DNA of 64,000 nt from an uncultured Chloroflexia bacterium (GTDB lineage Bacteria > Chloroflexota > Anaerolineae > JAAYZQ01), in NCBI GenBank assembly GCA_963700285.1, contig CAVOXA010000010.1, forward strand, positions 320,001 through 384,000. Direction: 5' to 3'. Made by a program: the position numbers and the translations under genes. The notes below the pieces were generated by a model. It was not told the DNA's origin. It searched no databases and saw only the letters and a list, made by a program, of their open reading frames with translations. Within the stretch, counting starts at the first letter, position 1. Every line of letters starts with the position of its first letter. Below are positions 33,320 through 42,900 of the stretch, in pieces.

Positions 33320-34326
33320 TCAGTCCAGTACCTCCACGTCCGGGCCGTCGGCATCGAACAGGATGTAGGCATAGGTGCCAGGGTAGGACCACGCCGGTCC
33401 AACCACCGCGGCAATGAGAAGCGTACGATCGAAAGGCGCCTCGAATTCCTGCCGCACCGTCAGGTCGTACATGTTGAGCAGTTCGCCCAGGACAGGCACT
33501 CCGGTCACCGGCTGGCCATCAAAGACCGTCTGTGGCGTGATGGCCGGATGCGGAACAATCAACCCCCCCTCGCACGGTTTCAGGATGTTCGCGTTGTGCT
33601 CGTGACCGCTGTCGCCCCGTACCATGTACTGCCTGGGCGGCGCTTCCACCTCGCCCGGCAGCATGTCGAGATAGCGCATCACATTGATAGTGCCTCGCGC
33701 GCTCCGCTCCACCCACTCATTGTAGAGCGCTCCACCGCCGCCACACTCGGCGACGATGACCCTGGCCCCCAAACGCTCGGACTCGCGCCACATTTGACCC
33801 GGCCGCCACTCGTCAAAGAGCAGGATGGGCATGTTGAAAGCCCGGGCCATGCCCTTGGAGATGGGATCCTTGTTGAACTCGATCATGTGGACGGAATGGT
33901 TGTCGCCGCCGCTGTGAAAGTCGATCTGGAAATCAAGATTGGCCAGAACCTCGGCAGCCAGCACATCGGCAATCTGCTCGCTCACCGTCTTGACCGGCTG
34001 CGTGTACTTGGTCTGGCCTGGCTCGAAAAAGACCGCATTGACGTTCTGGCCATCACCCGGCGTCTCACGCGATAGTTGGCCAACGCCCAGGGGATTGCAG
34101 ACAGGCACAGCCATCACCGTACCTGACAGTTCCGCCGGATCCAGCAACTCGAGTACCCTACGGATGGCACCTATGGAAGGCGTGACCTCGTTTCCATGTA
34201 TCGCACCGGTCAGGCCCAGCGTCGGACCCGGCCGCACGCCCTTGACCACGTGCAAAGGCAGGCGCAGGTCAGAGCCATCGGGCATTGTCGTCACTGGCAA
34301 CCACTGGAACTCGATTTCACACTCAT
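33320..34326 (-). CDS. AstE/AspA (M14) family protein, copy A; probable 1-bp indel just after the true start
   Basis: GAIHGNE, VPVCNP, IDFHSG, IVAECGG. ATG at 34326 follows GGAGGA and aligns with the copy B start if one base is restored. Confidence 0.88.
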
Positions 34327-34480
34327 TGCTTTTCCTCCACCTAACCAAGTGGCAAGACCGATCCCGTGTTCTGTGAACCGTCTGTTCGGGTTGTCGATCC
34401 AGCCACCATGGCGCAATAGGCCCAGATCTGGGCGTTACTCACCTCACGGAAGGGGCCTCTGGATGGGTCCCAATGGCAGT

Positions 34481-35295
34481 TCATGGTACGTGATCGCCGC
34501 GCGTGTCACGGTGGGGTCCCCGAATGTTGTATTTCCCGGCGCCGTACCCCCCATCCACCGCAACGTACTGACCGGTGACGAACTCGGCCTGATCCGAGGC
34601 GATAAATAGCACCATGTTCGCTATGTCCTCGGGGCGTGCAAGTCGCCCCAGCGGCATGGCCGTCAGGTGGTTTGCCACATACTCAGGCGTGGCCCCTCCA
34701 TGGCGAGAGACTTCGGAAACATCGGTCAGACCGGGGCTGACACAGTTCACAGTGATCCCATGCTTGCCCAACTCCAGGGCCATCACCTTGGTCAGCATCA
34801 CGACAGCAGCCTTGGAGGCACAGTGCGGCGCTGCCTGGATCCGGGCATTGGCAGCAGCTCCAGAGCCGATGTTGATGATCCGGCCACCGTCCCCCTGCTT
34901 GACCAACTGGCGAGCCGCAGCGCGGGAGCACAGGAAGGCACCCTTCAACTGAACGTCCACCTGATAGTCCCAATCCTCCTCCGTGAGATCCACCACCTCT
35001 TTGTGGACCCCGACGCCAGCATTGTTGACGAAAACATCTAGACGCCCAAAGTTCTCCAACACGGCTGCCATCATGGCGTCCACCTGGTCAGCCTTGGAGA
35101 CATCTGTCGTGCAAACCAGCACCTCCCCCCCTCGTTCCGCAGATTGTCTGCGACCATACCGGCCCATTCCTGGTCGACATCTGCGATGACTCCTTTTGCG
35201 CCTTCCCGCACAAAGGCAGTGATGATGGCCCGGCCAATACCCGAGGCCGCGCCTGTGACCACGACGACCTTGTCCTCAAAACGCCCGTTATTCAT
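34481..35295 (-). CDS. SDR family oxidoreductase, HxxxK variant, tandem copy B; frameshift in a G run near 35130
   Basis: ORFs 35071..35295 and 34481..35167 join. The run is G7 here and G8 in copy A. TGAASGIG, NNAG, APHCASK. Confidence 0.9.
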
Positions 35296-35399
35296 ATTGC
35301 CCCTCCTGATTCGACCTGCAATCTTGGTTCTACCCAGCGCCGCTCGTGGAACGGGCGCTCTGCCGGCCAGATTCCAGCGGCGGGAGCAACCAGGTCCCG

Positions 35400-36203
35400 C
35401 TAATAGCGATCGCTTTGGTGAGGTCCCCGAATAGAGAGCTTACCTGCACTATAACCCCCATCCACCGTGATATGCTGGCCGGTAACGAACTCGGCCTGAT
35501 CCGAGGCGACAAAGAGCACCATATTCGCTATCTCCCTGGGATCGCCCAGGCGACCCAAGGGCACGCTGCTCAAGAACGCCTCGATGTACTCGGGCGAGGC
35601 TCCTCCATGGCGAGAGACTTCTGAAACATCGGTCAGACCGGGGCTGACACAGTTCACAGTGATCCCATGCTTGCCCAACTCCAAGGCCATCACCTTGGTC
35701 AGCATCACGACACCGGCCTTGGATGCACAGTGCGGCGCCGCCTGGATCCGGGCATTGCTAGTTGCAGTGGAGCCGATGTTGATGATCCGGCCACCACCCC
35801 CCTGCTTGACCAACTGGCGAGCCGCAGCGCGGGAGCACAGGAAGGCACCCTTCAACTGAACGTCCACCTGATAGTCCCAATCTTCCTCCGTGAGATCCAC
35901 CACCTCTTTGTGGACCCCGACGCCAGCGTTGTTGACGAAAACATCTAGACGCCCAAAGTTCTCCAACACGGCTGCCATCATGGCGTCCACCTGGTCAGCC
36001 TTGGAGACATCTGTCGTGCAAACCAGCACCTCCCCCCCCTCGTTCCGCAGATTGTCTGCGACCATACCGGCCCATTCCTGGTCGACATCTGCGATGACTC
36101 CTTTTGCGCCTTCCCGCACAAAGGCAGTGATGATGGCCCGGCCAATACCCGAGGCCGCGCCTGTGACCACGACAATTTTGTCCTCAAAACGCCTGTTGTT
36201 CAT
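35400..36203 (-). CDS. SDR family oxidoreductase, HxxxK variant, tandem copy A
   Basis: TGAASGIG, NNAG, NIGS, APHCASK, VSPG, VDGG. Confidence 0.92.
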   Translation of the reverse strand: MNNRRFEDKIVVVTGAASGIGRAIITAFVREGAKGVIADVDQEWAGMVADNLRNEGGEVLVCTTDVSKADQVDAMMAAVLENFGRLDVFVNNAGVGVHKEVVDLTEEDWDYQVDVQLKGAFLCSRAAARQLVKQGGGGRIINIGSTATSNARIQAAPHCASKAGVVMLTKVMALELGKHGITVNCVSPGLTDVSEVSRHGGASPEYIEAFLSSVPLGRLGDPREIANMVLFVASDQAEFVTGQHITVDGGYSAGKLSIRGPHQSDRY

Positions 36204-37366
36204 TTGCCCCCTCCTAGTTTGAACTGCAATGGTAATTCGACCCAACGCCGCTCATGGAACGAAAGCTCCACAGCGTTAACCACTTCCTGCACCCAAGCCC
36301 CATCCTCAAAATTTCCCTGATTCCGCTCGCCACCGTCCAGGATCTCGTCGATAAAGTCCTTGATCAGGTTGGCATAGAACAGGGAGCGCCACGACTCGCG
36401 TGGGTGCCCACCCACCGGATAGAACCGCTGCGGGATCTCTAGCTCGCGGAACTCGACATCGTCCGGCGTGGCGACCTTGATCGTCTCTGCCAAGCCAAAT
36501 TCCTCTACGAGGCGGCAGATGACGGCTCCTTCTTGGCCAAAGATGCGGGCCTCGATGCCAGGGTAGTTGCCGACGGTCACCAGGCTCGTCTGTATGGAGC
36601 CAATAGCGCCGTTGGTGTACTCGCCGATAAAGATATCCCCATCATCCATGTTGATCTGCGTCATGCGACCGGTGTCCCGCACCATGCGTTCGGGGACAAA
36701 GTTGTGCAGGGTGCCCACGACGCGGGCATAATCGGCGCCCACCCACCAGTGGCCGATGTCGATAATGGGCGAGCCATAGCCCTCCAGGGAGCGGGTCTGG
36801 ATGGCCGACGGATCCGCCGGGCGGCCCAGAAGCCAATCGGGAGGCGTCCGCGGCATCTGTCGCAGTGGGACCTGGGGATCCAGCCATTGCGAGTTCTGCT
36901 CGTAGCCATTGAAGATGAAAGGTCTGCCCACAAAGCCCTCGTCGATGAGGGACTTGGCATAGAGCACGCCAGGGCTGTAGCGGAAGGTGAAGCCGAGCTT
37001 GGTCTTGAGGCCCTGGCTCCTGGCCAGTTCCGCAGCCCGCAGCGTATCGCGATAGTCGTAGGCCACCGGCTTCTCACACAGGATGTGCTTGCCCGCCTCC
37101 AGCGCTGCCCAGGCGAGTTCAAAGTGAGCCGATGATGCGGTGGCGACATCGATCACATCGATATCGGGCCGCGAAACGACGGCCTGCCAGTCACCGGTCG
37201 CGTCGGGAATGTCAAACTGCCGGGCAAAGTCCCTGGCTCGCTCCGCCACCACATCGCAGATAACCACGACCTCGCAGCGGGGATCTCGCAGCCAGCCGGG
37301 GATATGGGCCATCTCAGCCCACCTGCCCGCACCAAGTACGCCAACCCGGAGCTTTTCCCTAGTCAT
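36200..37366 (-). CDS. Gfo/Idh/MocA family oxidoreductase with atypical active-site segment
   Basis: GVLGAGRWA, GKHILCEKP, GFTFRYSP, SLEGYGSPIID. Start MTREKLRV. Confidence 0.9.
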   Translation of the reverse strand: MTREKLRVGVLGAGRWAEMAHIPGWLRDPRCEVVVICDVVAERARDFARQFDIPDATGDWQAVVSRPDIDVIDVATASSAHFELAWAALEAGKHILCEKPVAYDYRDTLRAAELARSQGLKTKLGFTFRYSPGVLYAKSLIDEGFVGRPFIFNGYEQNSQWLDPQVPLRQMPRTPPDWLLGRPADPSAIQTRSLEGYGSPIIDIGHWWVGADYARVVGTLHNFVPERMVRDTGRMTQINMDDGDIFIGEYTNGAIGSIQTSLVTVGNYPGIEARIFGQEGAVICRLVEEFGLAETIKVATPDDVEFRELEIPQRFYPVGGHPRESWRSLFYANLIKDFIDEILDGGERNQGNFEDGAWVQEVVNAVELSFHERRWVELPLQFKLGGGK

Positions 37367-38603
37367 GCAGATTTTCCTCCCCAACCACAAACTCGCCATC
37401 CAACAGTACAGCGCGGATATTCCCTGGCTTGCGCAACAGCGACACATTGGCCGTGGCATCGCCATTCACTGCTACCAGATCAGCCTTGAACCCTGGGGCC
37501 AATCGTCCTACCGTATCCTGCATGCCCAGGCAGGCGGCAGCCATAGAGGTACCCGCCCGGAGAGCTTCCAGGGATGAAAGACCTGCGTCGACCAGGTATT
37601 CAAGTTCCCTGGCATTCTCGCCGCGGACCCAATCGCCGATGTCGGTGCCCAGGCAGATCCGAACGCCCAGCTCCCTGGCCCGTTCCAGGCGTTCCGCCTG
37701 CAGGGACACGAGACTCCGCGCAGAGCGCAGGCGCGGTGGCTCATCATCCCCCGGGCCCGTGGTCGCGGTCTCTATTAGGTAGCGCTCGGCGCTCAGTGTA
37801 GGCACCAGGTAGACACCCTGCTCGGCCATGAAGGCCAGATCCTCATCGTCAAGGGGGCCCAGATGCTCGATGGAGCGGACCCCAGCCCTGAGCGCGTTCT
37901 TGAGCCCTGGGCCGCAGTAGGCGTGGGCGGCCGTGGGCAGACCGAATGCCTGTCCCTCTTCCACGATGGCTTGTACTTCGGCAAGCGAGAACTGCCTCTG
38001 AGCGTAGCTCCCCCGCACGGCACCCACAGCGCCAGTCGTCGCTACCTTGAGAAAGTCGGCGCCCGCACGGATGATCTCCCGGGCCTTGGCCCGTACGCCG
38101 TCCACCCCGTCAGCAACGCCGTCGGGGATGCCAGGCAGCCGGGGTACGTTCCGGCGCAGACCGCTGGCCGGGATAAAGCCATCGGCTAACCCCGCGGTCT
38201 GGGTGATGATCACCAGGCAGATCTGCAATCTCGGCCCCGAGATCAGGCCCGATTCCACCGACTGTTTGACCCCCAGATCCACGCCAGCACAGTCCCGCAC
38301 GGTGGTAAAGCCCCGTTCCAGCGTCAGCCGCAGGTTGAGCGCCGTCTCGAGCACGGTCCGGCTGATGGGAGTATAGGCATTCGTCGCCAAGTCGCCGCCG
38401 GGATAGGCCAGGTGGTCGTGGCAGTCAATCAGGCCAGGCATTAGCGTCGCGTCACCAAGCTCACGGACAGCCACGCCTACTGGCCGGCCCACTGTTTCCG
38501 CCGGACCGACGGCCTCGATCCTGTCGCCATCGATGAGCACCGCACCACCACGGAGCGAGCGATCACCATCGAACAACCTGTCGGCCGTAAATAAGCGATG
38601 CAT
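37359..38603 (-). CDS. Amidohydrolase family protein (Xaa-Pro dipeptidase-like subgroup)
   Basis: PGLIDCHDH, GFTTVRD, GADFLK, AAHA, SIEH, GTD, GRLAPGFKADL. Confidence 0.9.
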   Translation of the reverse strand: MHRLFTADRLFDGDRSLRGGAVLIDGDRIEAVGPAETVGRPVGVAVRELGDATLMPGLIDCHDHLAYPGGDLATNAYTPISRTVLETALNLRLTLERGFTTVRDCAGVDLGVKQSVESGLISGPRLQICLVIITQTAGLADGFIPASGLRRNVPRLPGIPDGVADGVDGVRAKAREIIRAGADFLKVATTGAVGAVRGSYAQRQFSLAEVQAIVEEGQAFGLPTAAHAYCGPGLKNALRAGVRSIEHLGPLDDEDLAFMAEQGVYLVPTLSAERYLIETATTGPGDDEPPRLRSARSLVSLQAERLERARELGVRICLGTDIGDWVRGENARELEYLVDAGLSSLEALRAGTSMAAACLGMQDTVGRLAPGFKADLVAVNGDATANVSLLRKPGNIRAVLLDGEFVVGEENLHD

Positions 38604-38604
38604 C

Positions 38605-39684
38605 CTACGGCAACTCCAAGCCCAGTTCCTGGCGGTACAGGTCCAACTCTTCCAGGTTCTCCCAGCCCATGGAGCGCTCGCCACGTTCTATCTCGTATAT
38701 CATTTCGACCAATCGTTGATTCAGGGGCACCGGCACTCCATACTCCAGGGCCTTGTCCACCACGGCGCCGGTCAGACCCGGTGTTTCGGACGGCCGGTGG
38801 CGGTAGACAATGTCCCACCATACACCACTGGCAGTCTTGACATAGTCGTGGGGATCCTGAACCTGATGGCGAGAGAGCCTGTCCAGGTAGTTATCCAGGT
38901 AGTCCAGGATACGCAGCGTATCCTCTGGCGTCCGGGGCTGATACATCTCGGGATCAAAGGAAGCGCTGGCCGGTAGGGAGACACCCGCCGCCCAGGCTAC
39001 ATCTAGAGCCTCACCGACCAGGATGATCCCCAGTCGCCGGTATCTATCGACGTCAAGAACTTGGTGTACGGAGGCGTCTACCAGGGCGGTGAGTGTGATC
39101 TGCGAAAAGTAGCACTGTTTGCCCCAGATCTCACCCACGATATTCCCCGAGACGTAGGTCGTCGTCAGATGCTTAAACCCACTTTCCAGCCATTGGATGC
39201 GGGGCGTGACTGCACCGTTCAGCTCGCCAATGTGGATGGGGCCCTCGTGCACAAACTCGATGTGGCCTGGCTCCACGAGCGCGCCGCCATAGTTGGGAAC
39301 CGTACCGACAATCTGAGAGGCGTCCACAAAGGCCTGAAGGACCTCGACGTTGAAGCCGTTCTGCAAGCTCACGACGATGGTTTCAGACGTGAGGAGGGGC
39401 TGAATCGACCCCATCGCCTCTACGGTATGGTGGCTTTTGACGCCGAGAAACAGCACGTCCAGGGGCTCAGCGAGTTCCGTGGTCAGGCAGGCCTTCACGT
39501 CAAAGTGCTTCACCCCACGGACGCCATCGGTGTACAGTCCCCTGGTCCGCAGGGCTTCTACGTGCTCCCGCCAACTGTCCGTCAAGGTGACATCGTAGCC
39601 TGCGCCGGATAGATAGGTTCCGGCCAGGCCTCCGATGGCGCCTGCACCCACTATGACAATTCGATGCTTGTCCAGATCATTCAT
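38605..39684 (-). CDS. Ketopantoate reductase (PanE/ApbA) family protein, divergent
   Basis: GAGAIGG, GVKS, SLQNG, IGELNG, IWGK. Confidence 0.85.
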   Translation of the reverse strand: MNDLDKHRIVIVGAGAIGGLAGTYLSGAGYDVTLTDSWREHVEALRTRGLYTDGVRGVKHFDVKACLTTELAEPLDVLFLGVKSHHTVEAMGSIQPLLTSETIVVSLQNGFNVEVLQAFVDASQIVGTVPNYGGALVEPGHIEFVHEGPIHIGELNGAVTPRIQWLESGFKHLTTTYVSGNIVGEIWGKQCYFSQITLTALVDASVHQVLDVDRYRRLGIILVGEALDVAWAAGVSLPASASFDPEMYQPRTPEDTLRILDYLDNYLDRLSRHQVQDPHDYVKTASGVWWDIVYRHRPSETPGLTGAVVDKALEYGVPVPLNQRLVEMIYEIERGERSMGWENLEELDLYRQELGLELP

Positions 39685-39714
39685 GACTTTGTCTCCAACT
39701 GTACGGGGGAGCCA

Positions 39715-41115
39715 CTATCGGGGAGCAGCCCCTTCTGGCAGGGGCGACACATAGGCTTTGCCGCCCGTTTTGCGCTGAAACTCGTCCTGGGCTGCTTTGA
39801 CAATATCCGGCTTGACCTCGAGATCGAAGGCCGCCAGGGCCATGGCCTTTGCCGCCAGCATCATGCCTTTGTAGCCAATGCTCGATCCCGAAGTGACAAC
39901 GTTCTGCCAGCTATGTCCTGGCGTCCCAAGCGCCTGGCAACAGGTTGTGAGTTCCATCGTTGGCGTGATATGGCTCACATCGCCTACGTCGGTCGAGCCC
40001 CCCATTACCTTGCCCAGGCCGCCAGGTTCAGTGATGACCTCACAGAGGGGATCCCCCATCTCTTCCCTGGTCATCTCAAAACGCTTCAATGCCTTCTCTA
40101 TCGACCCAGGTGGGAAGGTAGCCTGCAGTTTCCTGGCCAGATCTTTTTCCTCATCCGTGAACTTTGGGGGGCCTGCCACCTTGAGTTTCTCCACCAAGAG
40201 TTCACCGAGCACCTCGTTGGGCAGCGTATTGTAGCATCCGGTCAGGAACTCGATATCGTAGGTTGTACCGGTCATGAGGGCAGCGCCCTTGGCTATGTCG
40301 AGCATCCAGGCATAGATAAAGTCGACCTGGTCCCGATTGGGGGCGCGGACATAGTACCACACCTGGGCATAGGGTGGGACGACGTTGGGCGCCTGCCCCC
40401 CCTCGGTTATCACACAGTGGACACGGGCGTCTTGAATGATATGCTCGCGCATATAGTTGACGCCCACATCCATCAACTGGACGCCATCCAGAGCACTGCG
40501 GCCTGCCTCTGGTGTGCCCCCAGCATGAGCAGCGATCCCATGGAAATTGACCTTGAAGGAGTTCAGAGCACTGGCCGACGTATACCTTGCAGAATTCACA
40601 TAGCTGGGATGCCAGGTGATGGCTGCATCCAGATCGTCAAAGACACCGGCCCTGGCCATAAAGACCTTGCCTACGAGTGTCTCTTCGGCGGGACAGCCAT
40701 AGTACCTGATAGTACCCTGGATCCCACCATCTTCCATAGCGTCTTTGACGGCCAATGCTGCTCCCACCCCCGCCATGCCCAATAAGTTGTGACCGCAGCC
40801 ATGACCTGGCCCCCCTTCTACTATCGGGGCCTGGGTGGCAGATACCTTTTGGGAAAGACTTGGCAGCGCATCATACTCGCCCAGGATGCCGATAATGGGC
40901 TGGCCCTGGCCCCAGCTCGCTACAAATGCCGTCGGTAACTGGTCGACGCCCTGGCTGATCTGAAAGCCCGCTGCTGCAAGCCGGTCAGCCTGCAGCTTGG
41001 CCGCATAGGATTCCTGCTGCCCCAGCTCAGGATGCTCCCAAATATCCTGCGCCATTGCTACAAGCTCGTTCTCCGCCATATCCAAAAAGCCCAGGATCTT
41101 TTTTTCTGCATTCAT
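39715..41115 (-). CDS. M20D amidohydrolase, p-aminobenzoyl-glutamate hydrolase subunit B-like
   Basis: IWEHPELG, GEYDALP, GHGCGHNLLG, GCPAEE, WHP, GRSALD, GSTDVGDVS, PGHSWQ. Confidence 0.92.
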   Translation of the reverse strand: MNAEKKILGFLDMAENELVAMAQDIWEHPELGQQESYAAKLQADRLAAAGFQISQGVDQLPTAFVASWGQGQPIIGILGEYDALPSLSQKVSATQAPIVEGGPGHGCGHNLLGMAGVGAALAVKDAMEDGGIQGTIRYYGCPAEETLVGKVFMARAGVFDDLDAAITWHPSYVNSARYTSASALNSFKVNFHGIAAHAGGTPEAGRSALDGVQLMDVGVNYMREHIIQDARVHCVITEGGQAPNVVPPYAQVWYYVRAPNRDQVDFIYAWMLDIAKGAALMTGTTYDIEFLTGCYNTLPNEVLGELLVEKLKVAGPPKFTDEEKDLARKLQATFPPGSIEKALKRFEMTREEMGDPLCEVITEPGGLGKVMGGSTDVGDVSHITPTMELTTCCQALGTPGHSWQNVVTSGSSIGYKGMMLAAKAMALAAFDLEVKPDIVKAAQDEFQRKTGGKAYVSPLPEGAAPR

Positions 41116-41137
41116 TGCTCCACCTCCACCAGTGATT

Positions 41138-42886
41138 CTATTCTGCGAAAGACTCGGCTTGCCTGGCAGCCTCCGCTCGCTGCCAGGGCGCTACCGGAAC
41201 CGCGGCATTGTGCTCCGGGGCGACCAAGATTTCGATGAGGGTAGGACTGCCATGCCGCAATGCATCCCTCAGAGCAGGGCCGATCTCCTCGGGGTCACGA
41301 ACCTGTTGGGAACGCAGGCCGAAACCCCTGGCTACGTCCGTGTAGCTCATATCCTCGTTAAAATCTACCGAATAGTAGCGGCCACCGTGGTACAGCTCCT
41401 GAAGGGCCTTTATCCAGCCGTAGCAGCCATTGTTGAACAGGATCAAAATCGTGGGCCCACCGACCCGGCCAACGGTCGCCAGGTCGCCGGCGGACATGGC
41501 AAAAGAACCATCGCCACACAATCCGACCACGAGCTGGTCGGGCCTGGCCAGGCGGGCGCCCACCACGCCGGGGATGGCGTAGCCCAGGCCGCCCTGGGCC
41601 CGAGGGATGACCACCCTCCGGCCCGGCTGGCTCAGTTCCAATTCGCCGGCGACAAAGGGCGTTGGCGTGCCAGGATCGCAAACCAGGACAGTCTCATCCG
41701 AGAGGATGCCCTCCAATTCACCCATGACGCGCCGAGGCATGATCGGCACCTGCGAACTCTTGGCCAACTTTCTGGTCTGAGACCGCCACGCCGCCTTCCG
41801 CGCCGCGATCTGCTCCAGCCACTTGCCCCGATCTGGGGGCGAGCCACCGCTCTCCTGCAGCGCCTGCAGCAGGTCAGCCAGGGTCATCTTCGCATCACCG
41901 CACAAACCCTCGTCGACCGGATAGTTGTTCCCGATCTCGGCAGGATCAACGTCGATCTGTACGATAGCAGGCGGTTCCGCCAGGGATGGGTATCGCCAGC
42001 TATCGGTATCCACATAGTTAACCTTGGAGCCCACAAAGAGTACGAGATCTGCTTCTCCAAGAACCTGGGCCGCGTAGGGCCGGCCTGCATTGGCCCCGAC
42101 CGTGCCGAGGCTCAGCACGTGTGTTTCGGCGACGGCTCCCTTGCCGCTGATGGTGGTGGCCACCGGGGCTCGCAGGAAATCAGAGACACCGCGCAACTCA
42201 TCAAAGGCACCCGACGATACCGCTCCTCCGCCGGCCACGATGACGGGGCGCTCGGCAGCCAGTAGCCTGCGAATTGCCCGGCTGACGGAGTCGGCGGCGG
42301 GACGGGTTCGATAGGCGGGCCACGACTTGCAGGCTGGCTCCCCAACCAATCGGGGCGCTGCGGTGGTATCTCCAGACAGCACATCCTTGGGCAGGCTCAG
42401 ATGCACGGCGCCGGGACGGCCGCTGGTTGCCAAGCGGAACGCGCGCCGGAGGAACCTGGGGACCATGTCCGGATGTTTGACCACCGCCGTCCACTTGGTG
42501 ACCGAACGATAGATCTGGGGCTGGTCGAGGTCAGTGAGCGCGCCTTGCACCTCGTAGCTCAGGGGGTTGTCGGTAGTCAGGGCAATCAGTGCCACCGACG
42601 AGCCATGGGCTTCCACGACCCCCGGCAGCATGTAGGTCGCGCCGCCGCCGCTGGGACCCTCACAGACGCCGGGCTTGCCGCTAAGACGGGCATAGGCGTC
42701 GGCCATGAAGGCGGCAGAGCGTTCGTCGCGGGCCATGAGGTGGGTAATGCGTGGTGAACGGCCATTCGCCTGAGACTGGGCATAAAAAGCGTCGTACAAG
42801 TCCACAGTGGTGTCCCCAGGCAGGCCAAAGACCACCTCTGTGTCATACTGAAGCAGCGTTTCTACCAAGGCTTGTGCGCCGTTCAT
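41138..42886 (-). CDS. ThDP-binding protein (acetolactate synthase large subunit-like)
   Basis: VFGLPG, RDERSAAFMADAYAR, GRPGAVHL, GDGSF...NN ThDP motif. Confidence 0.92.
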   Translation of the reverse strand: MNGAQALVETLLQYDTEVVFGLPGDTTVDLYDAFYAQSQANGRSPRITHLMARDERSAAFMADAYARLSGKPGVCEGPSGGGATYMLPGVVEAHGSSVALIALTTDNPLSYEVQGALTDLDQPQIYRSVTKWTAVVKHPDMVPRFLRRAFRLATSGRPGAVHLSLPKDVLSGDTTAAPRLVGEPACKSWPAYRTRPAADSVSRAIRRLLAAERPVIVAGGGAVSSGAFDELRGVSDFLRAPVATTISGKGAVAETHVLSLGTVGANAGRPYAAQVLGEADLVLFVGSKVNYVDTDSWRYPSLAEPPAIVQIDVDPAEIGNNYPVDEGLCGDAKMTLADLLQALQESGGSPPDRGKWLEQIAARKAAWRSQTRKLAKSSQVPIMPRRVMGELEGILSDETVLVCDPGTPTPFVAGELELSQPGRRVVIPRAQGGLGYAIPGVVGARLARPDQLVVGLCGDGSFAMSAGDLATVGRVGGPTILILFNNGCYGWIKALQELYHGGRYYSVDFNEDMSYTDVARGFGLRSQQVRDPEEIGPALRDALRHGSPTLIEILVAPEHNAAVPVAPWQRAEAARQAESFAE

Positions 42887-42900
42887 GCTATCCCTTTCTA

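Noticed and set aside
34420-34433. Perfect palindrome GCCCAGATCTGGGC
   Set aside because: Single occurrence with no adjacent promoter elements.
35121-35132. Poly-G tract as a phase-variation switch in SDR copy B
   Set aside because: G7 versus G8 in a sequence full of indel errors cannot be distinguished from homopolymer miscalling.
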